From: Candidatus Latescibacterota bacterium
GTDB taxonomy: Bacteria; Latescibacterota; UBA2968; GCA-2709665
NCBI GenBank assembly: GCA_965219995.1
Contig: CBDCOX010000002.1
Span: forward strand, 1,568,001-1,632,000
Direction of reading: 5' to 3'
DNA length: 64,000 bases
The position numbers and the translations under genes are program-made. The notes under the pieces were generated by a model. The model saw only the letters and a list, made by a program, of their open reading frames with translations, was not told the origin of the DNA and searched no databases. Shown here in pieces: positions 41,840-51,420 of this stretch; position 1 is the stretch's first letter; each line of letters starts with the position of its first letter.

Positions 41840-42715
41840 CTATATCTCAACAGTCGTAAGCTCGTCAGGACGCACGATACAACCGCTATATCCATTCCCA
41901 TGGTAGCCCCGGCGGAGCCTGCCGACGATGTCCTCACTGCGCGGCGAACCGCAGTGGATGACCACGACCCTCGATATTCCAGCTTCATTAGCGATGTCAA
42001 CGACCTCTGATATGTCCGCGCTGACGCCCCGGATCGGGTGCGAAGCATCTTCGTCATTCTCTTTGAAATTGCGCATGGAGAGCCCCGTAACGAATGTATC
42101 AACCCCCCTGGCCAATGGCCTCAGTTCGGGACAGTCCGCTGCATCGCACAGGAAGAGCACGCTGCCGCTATCCGTATCGATCCGGTACGCCAGCTCGGTC
42201 AGGTAAGGCTCGACGTGAGGAACCTGTACAGCCGTCGCCTTCCAACCTTTGCCCTCGACAACCGCTCCTGAACTGATATCGGATACATCGACCTTCATGC
42301 CCGGACGGGGAAGCGTTCCGCCTCTCCCCACGTGCCCGTGGTGGCTGATGTGGTGTTTTCGACGCGCAACGATGTCGGGAAGGAAGGCGCCGTCCTTGCC
42401 AAAAAGGCGATCGACGAATTTGAAAGTCGGAGGCGGACCAAAGACTCTGAGGCGAGGAAGATCGCCGGGGTCGAGATCGAACCGTAGCAAGGCAAAGCAC
42501 GGGAAATCAACGATATGATCCGAATGATGGTGAGTCAGGAAAATCGAATTCACCTGTGTAGGGCTCATTCCCATGCGTGCCATCTTGTAGGTTGTGCCGG
42601 GGCCGCAGTCAACCATGATACGATCGTCACCGATCTCGAGAATGCAGGAACACCCGTAGCGTTCACCCATACGGCTGGGACGAGGACCACCATTTCCGAG
42701 AATGTGTAGCTTCAT
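41840..42715 (-). CDS. MBL-fold hydrolase (RNase Z/AtsA-like)
   Basis: LG.GGP, VDCG.G, THHHSDH. Confidence 0.88.
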   Translation of the reverse strand: MKLHILGNGGPRPSRMGERYGCSCILEIGDDRIMVDCGPGTTYKMARMGMSPTQVNSIFLTHHHSDHIVDFPCFALLRFDLDPGDLPRLRVFGPPPTFKFVDRLFGKDGAFLPDIVARRKHHISHHGHVGRGGTLPRPGMKVDVSDISSGAVVEGKGWKATAVQVPHVEPYLTELAYRIDTDSGSVLFLCDAADCPELRPLARGVDTFVTGLSMRNFKENDEDASHPIRGVSADISEVVDIANEAGISRVVVIHCGSPRSEDIVGRLRRGYHGNGYSGCIVRPDELTTVEI

Positions 42716-42816
42716 TTGGCCGTCACCGGGTAACCATTCACTTATTGTGCACTCATATTGGTCTTCTCGCCGCCAACTCTTGCTTATGACGATCAAGTCT
42801 CCCCGTTTCCCGCCTC

Positions 42817-44157
42817 TCAGCCTGCTTCGCGACGTTGACCCAGACGTAGAGCCCAGGGATCACCCAGTCGGTCAATAACCGCTTTTTCGCTCAATCCTGA
42901 ATGCTTCACCACCCAATTCAATTCCTCCTCGAGTGTGATCTCGAATCCGCCAGGATCGTCCGTGCAGATTGCAAGATCCACCTCTGATTCAAGGAATCTG
43001 TGAATCGGGTGGGCGCCGGGGTGCGGGATGCCGCCGATACGAAGATTTGAGGTCGGGCAACACTCGATCGCTGTTCCCAACCGTGCCAATTCGTCAAGCA
43101 CGTACTCCTGGCGTGGGTGAATATTGGAGATTCTCGTGCTGTCATAGTGTGAGCGTACGACATCACCGGGATCCATCGTTTCCAGACGGCGGCTCTCGGA
43201 TTTCAGTTCGTTTTCTTTCACGACCACACCGTACTCGGACAGTTCCTCGGCTCGATCCAGGTCATAGGCAATCTGATCGAGACGTTCCTCTACCGATTCC
43301 CGTTCATGCGCTCCGGCGCGCCTTGCAAGTGCTGTACGAGCGTCCAGGCCCAACGCGATCGCGTGACCCAATCTTCTGACGCCCAATTCGGCGACTTCGT
43401 GACACCACCGGATTGCGCTTTCAAGCGACTTGTCAAAGTATTGTTCGCCAACGTGATATACGACATCAAGAGCCTGATCCGGTCGGGCTTCATTGTCAGT
43501 CTCCAACTGAGTCAACAATGGGGCCACATGCTTTGGTGGATTCCCTTCCTCAACGCTCGCGAAATCAACACCCACGAGTGTTTCCACCAGCTCCGGATGT
43601 TTCTGGAGTAAATCACGGGTGAGTTTATAAGCATCCTCAGCAGCATGACGCGGTATACTCACAATGTACCTGGCCGTAAACGTTGCGTCGCTGGCCCATT
43701 GAAGAGCCCTGGCACAGAAGGAATGCCAGAACATAAACCCATCCATTCCGCTGCCGCAGCGATATTCGACGTAGCGACAGCCCTCCGCCTTGTGGCGAGC
43801 GAGCATGTGCCGAAGGAGGTCACCCTCACGATCGTTTTCACGGAGATGACTCCACACTCGCAAAAAGAACCCGTTCTTCGCCTCCCACTTCCCAAAATCC
43901 CCTCCGTCCTCGACGGTGTACACGTAGGCTCGCCGGAGTTCTTCAAGTCCTGCAGCATCCCTTACCGCTCGATCGAATATTCCAATCGGATCCAATGAGG
44001 TCTCGTACAGCTCATTATAGCGGTCGACAAAGCCTTCCTCGTTCCAATTAACATCGGTGTAAACGTCCTTCCCGAGATCAAAGAAGTCCTGCGTCGTATA
44101 CGCACCCAGTATGTGAAGATGTAGATCTGTTGTGCTCAGATCCTTCAACGAAGGCAT
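42817..44157 (-). CDS. adenosine deaminase-like amidohydrolase
   Basis: DLHLH, YHVGE, RLGHA, ECCPTSN, TDDP. Confidence 0.85.
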   Translation of the reverse strand: MPSLKDLSTTDLHLHILGAYTTQDFFDLGKDVYTDVNWNEEGFVDRYNELYETSLDPIGIFDRAVRDAAGLEELRRAYVYTVEDGGDFGKWEAKNGFFLRVWSHLRENDREGDLLRHMLARHKAEGCRYVEYRCGSGMDGFMFWHSFCARALQWASDATFTARYIVSIPRHAAEDAYKLTRDLLQKHPELVETLVGVDFASVEEGNPPKHVAPLLTQLETDNEARPDQALDVVYHVGEQYFDKSLESAIRWCHEVAELGVRRLGHAIALGLDARTALARRAGAHERESVEERLDQIAYDLDRAEELSEYGVVVKENELKSESRRLETMDPGDVVRSHYDSTRISNIHPRQEYVLDELARLGTAIECCPTSNLRIGGIPHPGAHPIHRFLESEVDLAICTDDPGGFEITLEEELNWVVKHSGLSEKAVIDRLGDPWALRLGQRREAG

Positions 44158-44274
44158 CAGGTGCCTTTCCGAAAGCCAAAGGAATCGCGTGGGTCGTCGC
44201 GAATCGTGATTCCCTCCCAAGCTTTTCGTCCGCAACGGGAGGAATCGCGCGACAGAAACTCAATTGAAACAGCA

Positions 44275-44925
44275 CTAAGTCTGCATCAGCTCATGGATCA
44301 GCGGAGGGACCTGGCGGATATCGGTCAGTTGCCGGAATGCGCCGGTGAAGTCCAGGCCGTGCGTGAGGCCCTGCGGTATGACGATGCAGCGCAGCCCGGC
44401 CGCCAGTGCGGCGCGCAGCCCGCGGTCCGAGTCTTCGATTACGACGCACTCTGCGGCGCGAAGGCCGTTCTTCCGCATGGCCGTGAGGTAGGGCTCGGGA
44501 TCGGGCTTGGAATTCCGGTATTCTTCGCGCAGGAGCGTGAAATCGATGCAGTCCAGCAGGCCGGTGCCGGCGTGGATGATCTCAAAGTGCTCCCGCCGCG
44601 AACTGGTGACGATGCCCATGCGCACCGTGCCGTGGAGTTCGCGCAGCACCTGGCGGGCGCCGTCGATGACGGGTACGCCGGCGCGCAAGAGTTCGGTGTA
44701 GCGGGCGTTTCGCCTGATGCGGGCAGGTTCCAGCGCCTGTTCGTCTATGCCGTGTTCGGCGCCGACCCTGTTAAAGCCGCCGCTGGCCTTGAGGAAGAAC
44801 TCGATGAAACGGGCTTCGCTCAGGTGCACGCCGAGGGGTTCCAGGGTTTCGCGGCAGGCCTGGTAGTACAGGCCTTCGGTGTCGACCAGAACGCCGTCGT
44901 TGTCCCAGAGAATGGCTTTCAGCAT
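44275..44925 (-). CDS. HAD family phosphatase
   Basis: WDNDGVLVD, KPDP.PY, IEDS..G. Confidence 0.92.
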   Translation of the reverse strand: MLKAILWDNDGVLVDTEGLYYQACRETLEPLGVHLSEARFIEFFLKASGGFNRVGAEHGIDEQALEPARIRRNARYTELLRAGVPVIDGARQVLRELHGTVRMGIVTSSRREHFEIIHAGTGLLDCIDFTLLREEYRNSKPDPEPYLTAMRKNGLRAAECVVIEDSDRGLRAALAAGLRCIVIPQGLTHGLDFTGAFRQLTDIRQVPPLIHELMQT

Positions 44926-45017
44926 AGCGCCTTATATCCTTTCCACTGCGCGGAAGTCGAAGCAGGCCTTCGTTCGCGCCCGCGGCAAACCCTCCCGCAA
45001 CGAGTCGAAGATCCTGC

Positions 45018-46331
45018 TCATATCCGGCCCTCTTCGGGTACCTCGCGCCCGCCGTCCCAGAAGCCTGGCTTGTCGGTCGCCGACGGCCAGTACCCGTCGG
45101 CGTCTTCATCCCATTGGTTTCCGCACATCGACGAGATGATGGTCCATTCCGCGGCCCCGAAATCCGGCTCGGGATGGTACAGGAAGCGCTTCAACCCCGC
45201 CTCGCGAGAAGCATTCAGGATGCCGTAGAGGTCGCGCGCCTGCATCGGGTCGCCCCCGTGGGGGCGGCGCCCGGTGGACACCCAGGCGATCACCTTGTCG
45301 GGATCACCTACGGCCGCCAGGGCCCGCCGGGTCTCGTTGTAGACCACCCTGGAGAAGAATTCGTCGGGGAAACCCATCTCCATGTCCATCAGCGAGTTGA
45401 CGCCGGGCAGTTCGATGCCCAACAGCGCCTTCACGACGGCGAAACACTCCGCCTCGCTCAGGGACGGATTCCACTTTCGCAACCGTCGTACCCAGCGGGA
45501 CATGGTTCCGTACATGCCGTCCATGCCGCGGTGCCAATAATAGTGCTTCGGAAAGATATAGTCGAAATACTCCGCCATCTGACTGTAATTCTGTCCGGTG
45601 AGCGATGACCATGCCGGGGCCCGCGGGATGCCGCCCAGCTCCACCTTGCGATCGACGGCGTCGACCTGTTGCCGCATGTACTGCCAGTCGAAGCGCGAGC
45701 GCTCCTGCCGCTTGCGCAGCCAGTAGAGCACGTCCTCGTTGACGTCGAACAGGAGCATTGCCCCCAGCATCCCCCCGTCGGCGTGGTACCGAACCATTTC
45801 CGGCGTCAGATTGTGCAGACGCTCCCGAAAGTGGGTGATGCCGCGCTGGATTCGATCCATCTCGGCGCCGACCTGGGCGAAGCGGGCCTCCTCGCCCGGA
45901 CGGATCTCCAGGAGCTCGCCCCCATGGTGGAACGCCAACTCGTAGTGATTTTCGCCCGGACCGTCGACAATGACGCCGTGCACCTGCGGAAAGGCGTTCA
46001 TCTGGTCCTGCACGTGTGCGGTCGGGCCGCCTCCGGCGAAGATCAGGATTCGCCAGCCCCGTTCCGCGGCGTTGTCCAGCATTGCGCGCAGCTTTTTCTC
46101 TTTTGAGACGTCGCGCGGACGCTGCTCCGGGACTTCCGCCCCCAGGGCCTCGTACACCTTCGGGTCGGGCGCCCAAGCGGGAATGGTCGTGCCATCCTCC
46201 TGGAGGAACGTCATGCGGCCGACGGCCAGACCGCGCACGCCGCCATCCTCCCAGGCGTCGAACCGCTCCTCGAACCCGTCGAGCCAGTGTTCGAACGGGC
46301 TGTCACTGCAGGTGAATACCCAGAGTTTCAT
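45018..46331 (-). CDS. uncharacterised protein (437 aa), paralog of 38356-39732
   Basis: Shared motifs; AAGGAGG RBS. Confidence 0.85.
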   Translation of the reverse strand: MKLWVFTCSDSPFEHWLDGFEERFDAWEDGGVRGLAVGRMTFLQEDGTTIPAWAPDPKVYEALGAEVPEQRPRDVSKEKKLRAMLDNAAERGWRILIFAGGGPTAHVQDQMNAFPQVHGVIVDGPGENHYELAFHHGGELLEIRPGEEARFAQVGAEMDRIQRGITHFRERLHNLTPEMVRYHADGGMLGAMLLFDVNEDVLYWLRKRQERSRFDWQYMRQQVDAVDRKVELGGIPRAPAWSSLTGQNYSQMAEYFDYIFPKHYYWHRGMDGMYGTMSRWVRRLRKWNPSLSEAECFAVVKALLGIELPGVNSLMDMEMGFPDEFFSRVVYNETRRALAAVGDPDKVIAWVSTGRRPHGGDPMQARDLYGILNASREAGLKRFLYHPEPDFGAAEWTIISSMCGNQWDEDADGYWPSATDKPGFWDGGREVPEEGRI

Positions 46332-46377
46332 TATTCCCTCCTTTGGGGTGGCAGGGACGATTCACGTTCACGTTCCC

Positions 46378-46420
46378 GCCGTGCGCAAAGAGAACAGTTC
46401 GTGTGGGAGGGCTTTCCATC
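46378..46420 (-). pseudogene. 5' fragment of sulfotransferase-like cassette
   Basis: Near-identical to 51362-51404 (ME.PPTRTVLFAHG). Confidence 0.8.
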
Positions 46421-46485
46421 TGAATCTCTGTCCACGATGGGAATCAATAGACCAATCACACTCCAAATACTCAGGCTGCGATTTC

Positions 46486-46579
46486 ATACGACGTTTCGCC
46501 GGTTTGCGAACACCAGACGAGGGATGCCCGAAGGGTCAAGGCGCGAACAGCTCCGCAGCGCAACACCGCACCGTTACAA
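46486..46579 (-). repeat. attC site
   Basis: R'' TTGTAAC ... R' GTCGTAT; arms match 25554-25645. Confidence 0.8.
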
Positions 46580-46599
46580 GATGACGAGAGAATTCCACC

Positions 46600-46628
46600 T
46601 TGACAAGCGTCACGTTACACCTTACACT
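46600..46628 (+). promoter_or_regulatory. sigma70 promoter of higBA (likely leaderless)
   Basis: TTGACA-17-TACACT; GTG start 6 nt downstream. Confidence 0.8.
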
Positions 46629-46634
46629 TTGTCG

Positions 46635-47079
46635 GTGATAAAAACATTCGCAGACAAGGAAACCCAACGCATTTACCGTACCGGCGAATCCAGGAGGTTG
46701 CCCGTTGACCTGGTGCGAAGAGCAATCCGCCGCCTAGATTACATCGACCTCGCCAACACGTTGAATGATCTGAGAGTTCCATCTGGTGTCCTGTCCCAAA
46801 AATACCTCACCATTCTTCCTCAGATTCATCCCGTCTCGCAGCGTTGCCATCGCTCGCCGACCGTGCCAGGTCGCCTGCGCTCCGGCGCCTTGCGAGCCGG
46901 GCGACTCTGCGGCCGAATTTTGGCAACTTATTTCCGGGACAGAACACTGCAACCGCCTGCACCAGTTGAAGAAGGACCGTAAGGGACAACACGCCATCGC
47001 CATCAACGAACAATGGCGCATCTGTTTTCGGTTTGTCGACGGGGACGCTTACGACGTAGAAATCACGGACTATCAATGA
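46635..47079 (+). pseudogene. higB: HigB toxin interrupted by a MITE
   Basis: MIKTFADKET...LRVPS | NRLHQLK.DR.GQHAI.IN.QWRICFRF. Confidence 0.9.
46786..46947. mobile_element. 162-bp MITE
   Basis: 19-bp TIRs GTGTCCTGTCCCAAAAATA / TATTTCCGGGACAGAACAC (16/19); removing 46786-46948 restores the higB frame. Confidence 0.85.
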
Positions 47080-47091
47080 AAGGAACATCCC

Positions 47092-47406
47092 ATGGCCATC
47101 ACAAATACACAGAAACGCGCCATCCCGCCAACTCATCCTGGTGAGATGCTGCGTGAGGATTTCTTGCCGGACTACGCGCAAACAGTGACTTCCCTGGCGG
47201 AGGCATTGGGTGTATCCCGTCAAACGATAAATGAGCTTCTGCGGGAGCGGCGCGCCATCTCGCCCCTCATGGCATTGAGACTTGCCCGCTTGTTTGGAAA
47301 CGCTCCAGAATTTTGGATGAAGGCCCAACACAAACGAGATCTTTGGGAATCAGAACAGCGACATCAAGGCGAGCTGGCTGACATCGAACCGCTCGCTGTT
47401 CCGTAG
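47092..47406 (+). CDS. higA: HigA antitoxin
   Basis: PTHPGEMLREDFL, ALRLARLFG..PEFW..AQ. Confidence 0.92.
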   Translation: MAITNTQKRAIPPTHPGEMLREDFLPDYAQTVTSLAEALGVSRQTINELLRERRAISPLMALRLARLFGNAPEFWMKAQHKRDLWESEQRHQGELADIEPLAVP

Positions 47407-47435
47407 ACGACGATCCCCTGCCCAAACCCTTCCCT

Positions 47436-47503
47436 GCCCCCGAACCGCGTCGCGGTTGCGCGAAGGGGTTTCTTGCCCCGAAGCCGGGGGCACGGTGTTA
47501 GAG
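47436..47503 (-). repeat. attC site lacking R'
   Basis: R'' CTCTAAC; aligns with 49067-49148 except for the R' end. Confidence 0.75.
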
Positions 47504-47536
47504 GCTGTGTGGCCAGGTGTGAAGTTGGGTGGTTGC

Positions 47537-47827
47537 TCAAGCGCTCAACGACCGCGCCACGGTTTCGGGATTTTCCGAAGCAATCTTCAGGAGAGCCCGA
47601 GCGGGACCCTCCGGACGGCGGCGTCCCTGCTCCCAATTCTGCAACGTAGAGACGCTGACGCCAATCATCAGGGCAAATTCAGATTGCGATTTATCCAGTT
47701 TTTCCCGGATCATTCGAATATCGGCGGGATCCATTTGGATCGTGCGTCCTGGTTTCAGCTTGCCGCGCTTGATCGCTCCGGCCTGCTTGACGCTGGTTAC
47801 AAGTTGGTCAAGGTCGCGCTCATTCAT
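47537..47827 (-). CDS. Xre-HTH antitoxin (HigA2/NadS-like)
   Basis: SQSEFA..IGVS..TL.NWEQGRR.P.GPA. Confidence 0.9.
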   Translation of the reverse strand: MNERDLDQLVTSVKQAGAIKRGKLKPGRTIQMDPADIRMIREKLDKSQSEFALMIGVSVSTLQNWEQGRRRPEGPARALLKIASENPETVARSLSA

Positions 47828-48141
47828 GCCAGATGCTCCTTTACGAGTTCACTAAGCAACTTACACTGTCGAGGGGTGAGATCGTCCTGGCGGCCCTTGC
47901 GATACACCCACAGCATGTAAAGGACCTCGGCCGGCTTGTCCCAATAGTAGATCACACGAAGACCGCCCCGTTTGCCAGCGTGCGCCAATTTCCATCTCAG
48001 TTTTCGCAACCCACCCGTACGCCGAATTATCTCTCCTGATTCTGGCCGGAATAGGAGCGCCAGCTGCATTGCCCGGTAGTCCTCATCCGATAGTAGGGTC
48101 GAGATCTCTCTTGTGAAGATGGGTGTTTCGGCGAAGGTCAT
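47824..48141 (-). CDS. RelE/HigB2-like toxin
   Basis: F.ET..F, TGGLRKLRW...GKRGG.RVIYY; 4-nt overlap with antitoxin. Confidence 0.9.
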   Translation of the reverse strand: MTFAETPIFTREISTLLSDEDYRAMQLALLFRPESGEIIRRTGGLRKLRWKLAHAGKRGGLRVIYYWDKPAEVLYMLWVYRKGRQDDLTPRQCKLLSELVKEHLA

Positions 48142-48147
48142 ATACCA

Positions 48148-48176
48148 ATTATACGCCAATGACGCATAGTGCGCAA
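48148..48176 (-). promoter_or_regulatory. sigma70 promoter of RelE-HTH TA with overlapping imperfect palindrome
   Basis: TTGCGC-17-TATAAT; ATG 6 nt downstream. Confidence 0.75.
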
Positions 48177-48199
48177 CCTCTTTACTTTGGCCACATGGC

Positions 48200-48266
48200 C
48201 TCTAACGTTCAGCCGGTTGCAGCGGAGACAACCTAAACGACCGGAGTCGCATCCCGCGTGTTAGCC
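48200..48266 (-). repeat. attC site (67 bp)
   Basis: R'' GGCTAAC ... R' GTTAGAG. Confidence 0.85.
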
Positions 48267-48318
48267 GTTGGCGACGTGCTGCTTTTCCGAAGTTCTGAGC
48301 TCTTCAGAAATACGTCGT

Positions 48319-49044
48319 TCAACTTAGTAGCGTGAATATTTCATTGAGGTTCCGGAAAGTCGGAGTGTAGCTGTAAGGAGATGCATCAGCGGACCGTAGC
48401 AGCAACGCTGCGTCGAGTCCCGCCGCCCGCGCACCCAGGATATCCGATTCGTAATTGTCACCGATGTGCAGCACCCGATCTCGACTGACGGCGACCCCCT
48501 CAACCGCATCGTCGAAGATCGCAGCCGCAGGCTTGGCGTACCCTCGCCGCAGGGAGTACACGAGAGCATTGAAGTACTGACTGAGGTTCAGATGGTCGAG
48601 TGTTAGCTCGAGTGTTGGCGGCCAGTTTGATACTACGGCGAGCTTGATTCCGTTCGCCCGGAGCGTGGTCAGTACGGACGTGAACTCTGGATATGGCGCC
48701 CAGGTGCGGTAGAGCCATACGTCCCACATGATCTGGACCGCGGCTCCGGTGTCACCCCTAAAGCCAGCGGCCGTGAGCGTCTGTCGATATATCCCCGACC
48801 ACTTCGCTTGATGGGCCACTAGCGACTCCGCTTCAGCCGGACGCGCTTGCCTTTCTCCAAGTACGTCCTCGAACGCTGCCGACAGTGCATCCGCGGATGG
48901 TCCGCCAAGACCCGATAGAGCATTGGCCCAAACAACCTCGCTCGGCTCTACGTACTCCAGCAGAGTGTGTCCTGCATCGAAGAATAGGGCGTCGTATCGC
49001 GCGTTCACTGTCTCTTGGCAGCTGGGCTTCAGGGCGTGTGCCAT
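48319..49044 (-). CDS. HAD family hydrolase
   Basis: FDAGHTL, VVSN, KP...IF, HIGD...D. Confidence 0.9.
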   Translation of the reverse strand: MAHALKPSCQETVNARYDALFFDAGHTLLEYVEPSEVVWANALSGLGGPSADALSAAFEDVLGERQARPAEAESLVAHQAKWSGIYRQTLTAAGFRGDTGAAVQIMWDVWLYRTWAPYPEFTSVLTTLRANGIKLAVVSNWPPTLELTLDHLNLSQYFNALVYSLRRGYAKPAAAIFDDAVEGVAVSRDRVLHIGDNYESDILGARAAGLDAALLLRSADASPYSYTPTFRNLNEIFTLLS

Positions 49045-49066
49045 AGGGTCTCTGCGCGTCGCTTAC

Positions 49067-49148
49067 GGCTGACGTCGCGCCCCCGAACCCCGGAGCGGTT
49101 GGGCGAAGGGGCTCTTGCCCGGATGCCGGGGGCAGGGGCGTGGTATGT
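49067..49148 (-). repeat. attC site
   Basis: R'' ACATACC (mutated) ... R' GTCAGCC; GCCCCCG/CGGGGGC arms. Confidence 0.75.
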
Positions 49149-49171
49149 GTAGTGCAAGCCTTGGGTCTTGT

Positions 49172-49891
49172 TCAGGACTGTATCTGATGGAAGTACCAGA
49201 CATTTGGCTCGAAGTAGGTTCCTTGACCTTTCTCGCAGTCTATTGTGATCGGAACCAACCCCTCCGGAATGCTGTATGATCCCGCCACCGGGAATCGCAT
49301 TTCAGTCCAGCTTTCCCATTCCTCGATTGATCCGATGACAGAAACTGCTTCCAGTGCGACACCAAGCCTCTCGCCGCCCAGCTTTTCATGGACTCGAAGC
49401 CACGGATCCGCCAGGCGCCCCTTCTCATCCCGTCGATCAGCATAGGATTCGATTGACTCTTCCGGGTGCTCGTGTTTTCGATTCGGTCTCACCGGTGCGA
49501 GGACACCCTGCAATCCGTTTATCTCTGACAGGTTACGCATTTCGAGCAGAATCGTTCGGCTCAGTCCTTGGCGTCGATACTCTGGCCTTACGAGAATGCC
49601 GAGTGCGCAGAGTACTCCAGTCGATTCAAGAGGCCAACGGGCTGAGTAGACCACCTCATCTATGGTTGATGGTGGCGGCAGACCTACATTCCACTCAAAC
49701 GGGACCGCCAGCCCTGCGGCCACCAGATTGTTCCCGTCGAGGGCAAGCACCTGAAAGCTCTGAAATTCGCTATAGATCGAGGACCAATTTCGCACATCGG
49801 CACTAAGCAGAAACCTCGGCCAGGTGGCGTCGTTCAACTCCTTCAATGCGGCCGACAGCTTGGGCGCTTTGTTCAGCGTAATAAACCTCAT
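49172..49891 (-). CDS. GNAT-like acetyltransferase
   Basis: VRPEYRRQGLS, APVRP..K, DPWLRVH..LGG, YFEPNVW. Confidence 0.8.
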   Translation of the reverse strand: MRFITLNKAPKLSAALKELNDATWPRFLLSADVRNWSSIYSEFQSFQVLALDGNNLVAAGLAVPFEWNVGLPPPSTIDEVVYSARWPLESTGVLCALGILVRPEYRRQGLSRTILLEMRNLSEINGLQGVLAPVRPNRKHEHPEESIESYADRRDEKGRLADPWLRVHEKLGGERLGVALEAVSVIGSIEEWESWTEMRFPVAGSYSIPEGLVPITIDCEKGQGTYFEPNVWYFHQIQS

Positions 49892-50039
49892 TTGGGTATG
49901 CCACATGGCCTCACGTCAAAGGTTCTCCGAAGGCTTGCAATTTCACATAACGTCCCTTTTGGTCTTGTTTCTCAGGTAATCTTGCCTCCCATCGATAGCA
50001 GTAAAAACACCTGGCTTTTCGAGTTTTCAACTTCGCCAA

Positions 50040-50534
50040 TTAGATGGGGTTAGCCTTGATGAGTTGGAAGAGGTCGCCTTTTCTGAGGCGTTCGGATGTC
50101 AATATCTCCATCAATTTATCCAGCAGGTCAGCCCGGTCGAAACGTTTGAATTCTGGATACAGCCCGATACGCCAATGGAGATAGCCTACAAGCTGTTTCA
50201 AATCTGGAAAAATCTGTTTGGCCGCGAGAAACTCTGTTTGCAAGGCACGACGATGTGCATAGGCATGTGAACGTGAGGCCAGCTTGTGCCGAATTTCCAC
50301 ATGCTCGTGTAGTGCAGACAAATGCGCGTACTGCTCGTTCAATTCGATCAGTTCTGCTGGAATGTAGATCGTGCCTGCTTCGTCGTAGAAAGCCAGATCG
50401 GGTGTATTGCCTCCATAGCGAAACACCGCACAGGAGAGGGGAATATCAGCCACGACTGCCTGCTCGGTGCGGATGACATTCTACTTAACGGCGTCGAGAA
50501 ACCTGATAGCTTCCGAGTGTGGCAATCGGAGCAT
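50040..50534 (-). pseudogene. hypothetical protein with in-frame TAG at 50481-50483
   Basis: ORFs 50481-50666 and 50040-50453 are in the same frame; His-rich LHEH.E...H..AH. Confidence 0.5.
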
Positions 50535-50614
50535 TCGTCTGCCTCGGGGGTTACGCTTCTTGTGCACAATCTGCCGGGATTGGGTGGTGTGTGCTCGTTC
50601 CCAGCACCCCTGTA

Positions 50615-51403
50615 TCAAACTCTGGTCTCCACGAGTGCTCCTACATCGTCGTCGCCGAACAGCCATCCAGTGTCACCGTTTCCAAAGCGCTCGTTGATCT
50701 CGTGCGCGTTGGGAAGCAATGCGTAGGTTTCCGGCGTATTTATCTTCGACCTGCGAGGGTCAAGGTGGAGGTCAAGCTTGTCAACATCAGGCGACTCAAG
50801 CCCCAGGAAGTTGAAGATACCATTGGCAACTACGCGACTCTTCTTGATGTCTTCAGTGTAAAGCTCCTCATAGAACACCTTCAAGGTACTTCCTCGCGGG
50901 CGCTGCTCTATCACGTTACTGTAATAGTCTCTGAGTTCCGTCGCGTATTCGAGACCGTCCGCAATCTTCTTCAAGGAGACTGGCTTCAGATTCCGGTAGA
51001 TTCGCCTGGTTTCCTCATTCAAGTCCGAGATCTGCCAGACTTTCGTTTGTTCGGCGATGCATCCGGAGACTTCGGCTCGCAGAAAATTAGCCCTTTGCAG
51101 GAAAATGACTGTGGCGTCAGCAGAAAGCAACAGATGGGTGTATAACTTTTTTGGAAGTTGGTAGCTGAGGATCTTTATCCCGTTGTACCTGGCGAAGAGA
51201 TCGTCAAGGGCTTTCTCAAGCGACGGAACGTCCTGGATGAAGTCCACGTAGTTCCTCTCGCCGGGATTTTCCCTCGCATATCCATGCCAAAATGGCTCGA
51301 GAGCGAAATTCAAGCGAGGATGTGTCTGGAGAACACGATACAGCGTCGTACTGCCGCTTCGGCCGTGCGCAAAGAGAACAGTTCGTGTGGGAGGACCTTC
51401 CAT
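50615..51403 (-). CDS. sulfotransferase-like (Stf0-type) protein
   Basis: HGRSGSTTL, EPF, IFL.R.N.L....S, YEEL. Confidence 0.8.
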   Translation of the reverse strand: MEGPPTRTVLFAHGRSGSTTLYRVLQTHPRLNFALEPFWHGYARENPGERNYVDFIQDVPSLEKALDDLFARYNGIKILSYQLPKKLYTHLLLSADATVIFLQRANFLRAEVSGCIAEQTKVWQISDLNEETRRIYRNLKPVSLKKIADGLEYATELRDYYSNVIEQRPRGSTLKVFYEELYTEDIKKSRVVANGIFNFLGLESPDVDKLDLHLDPRRSKINTPETYALLPNAHEINERFGNGDTGWLFGDDDVGALVETRV

Positions 51404-51420
51404 CAAAGTCTCTGCCTGGT

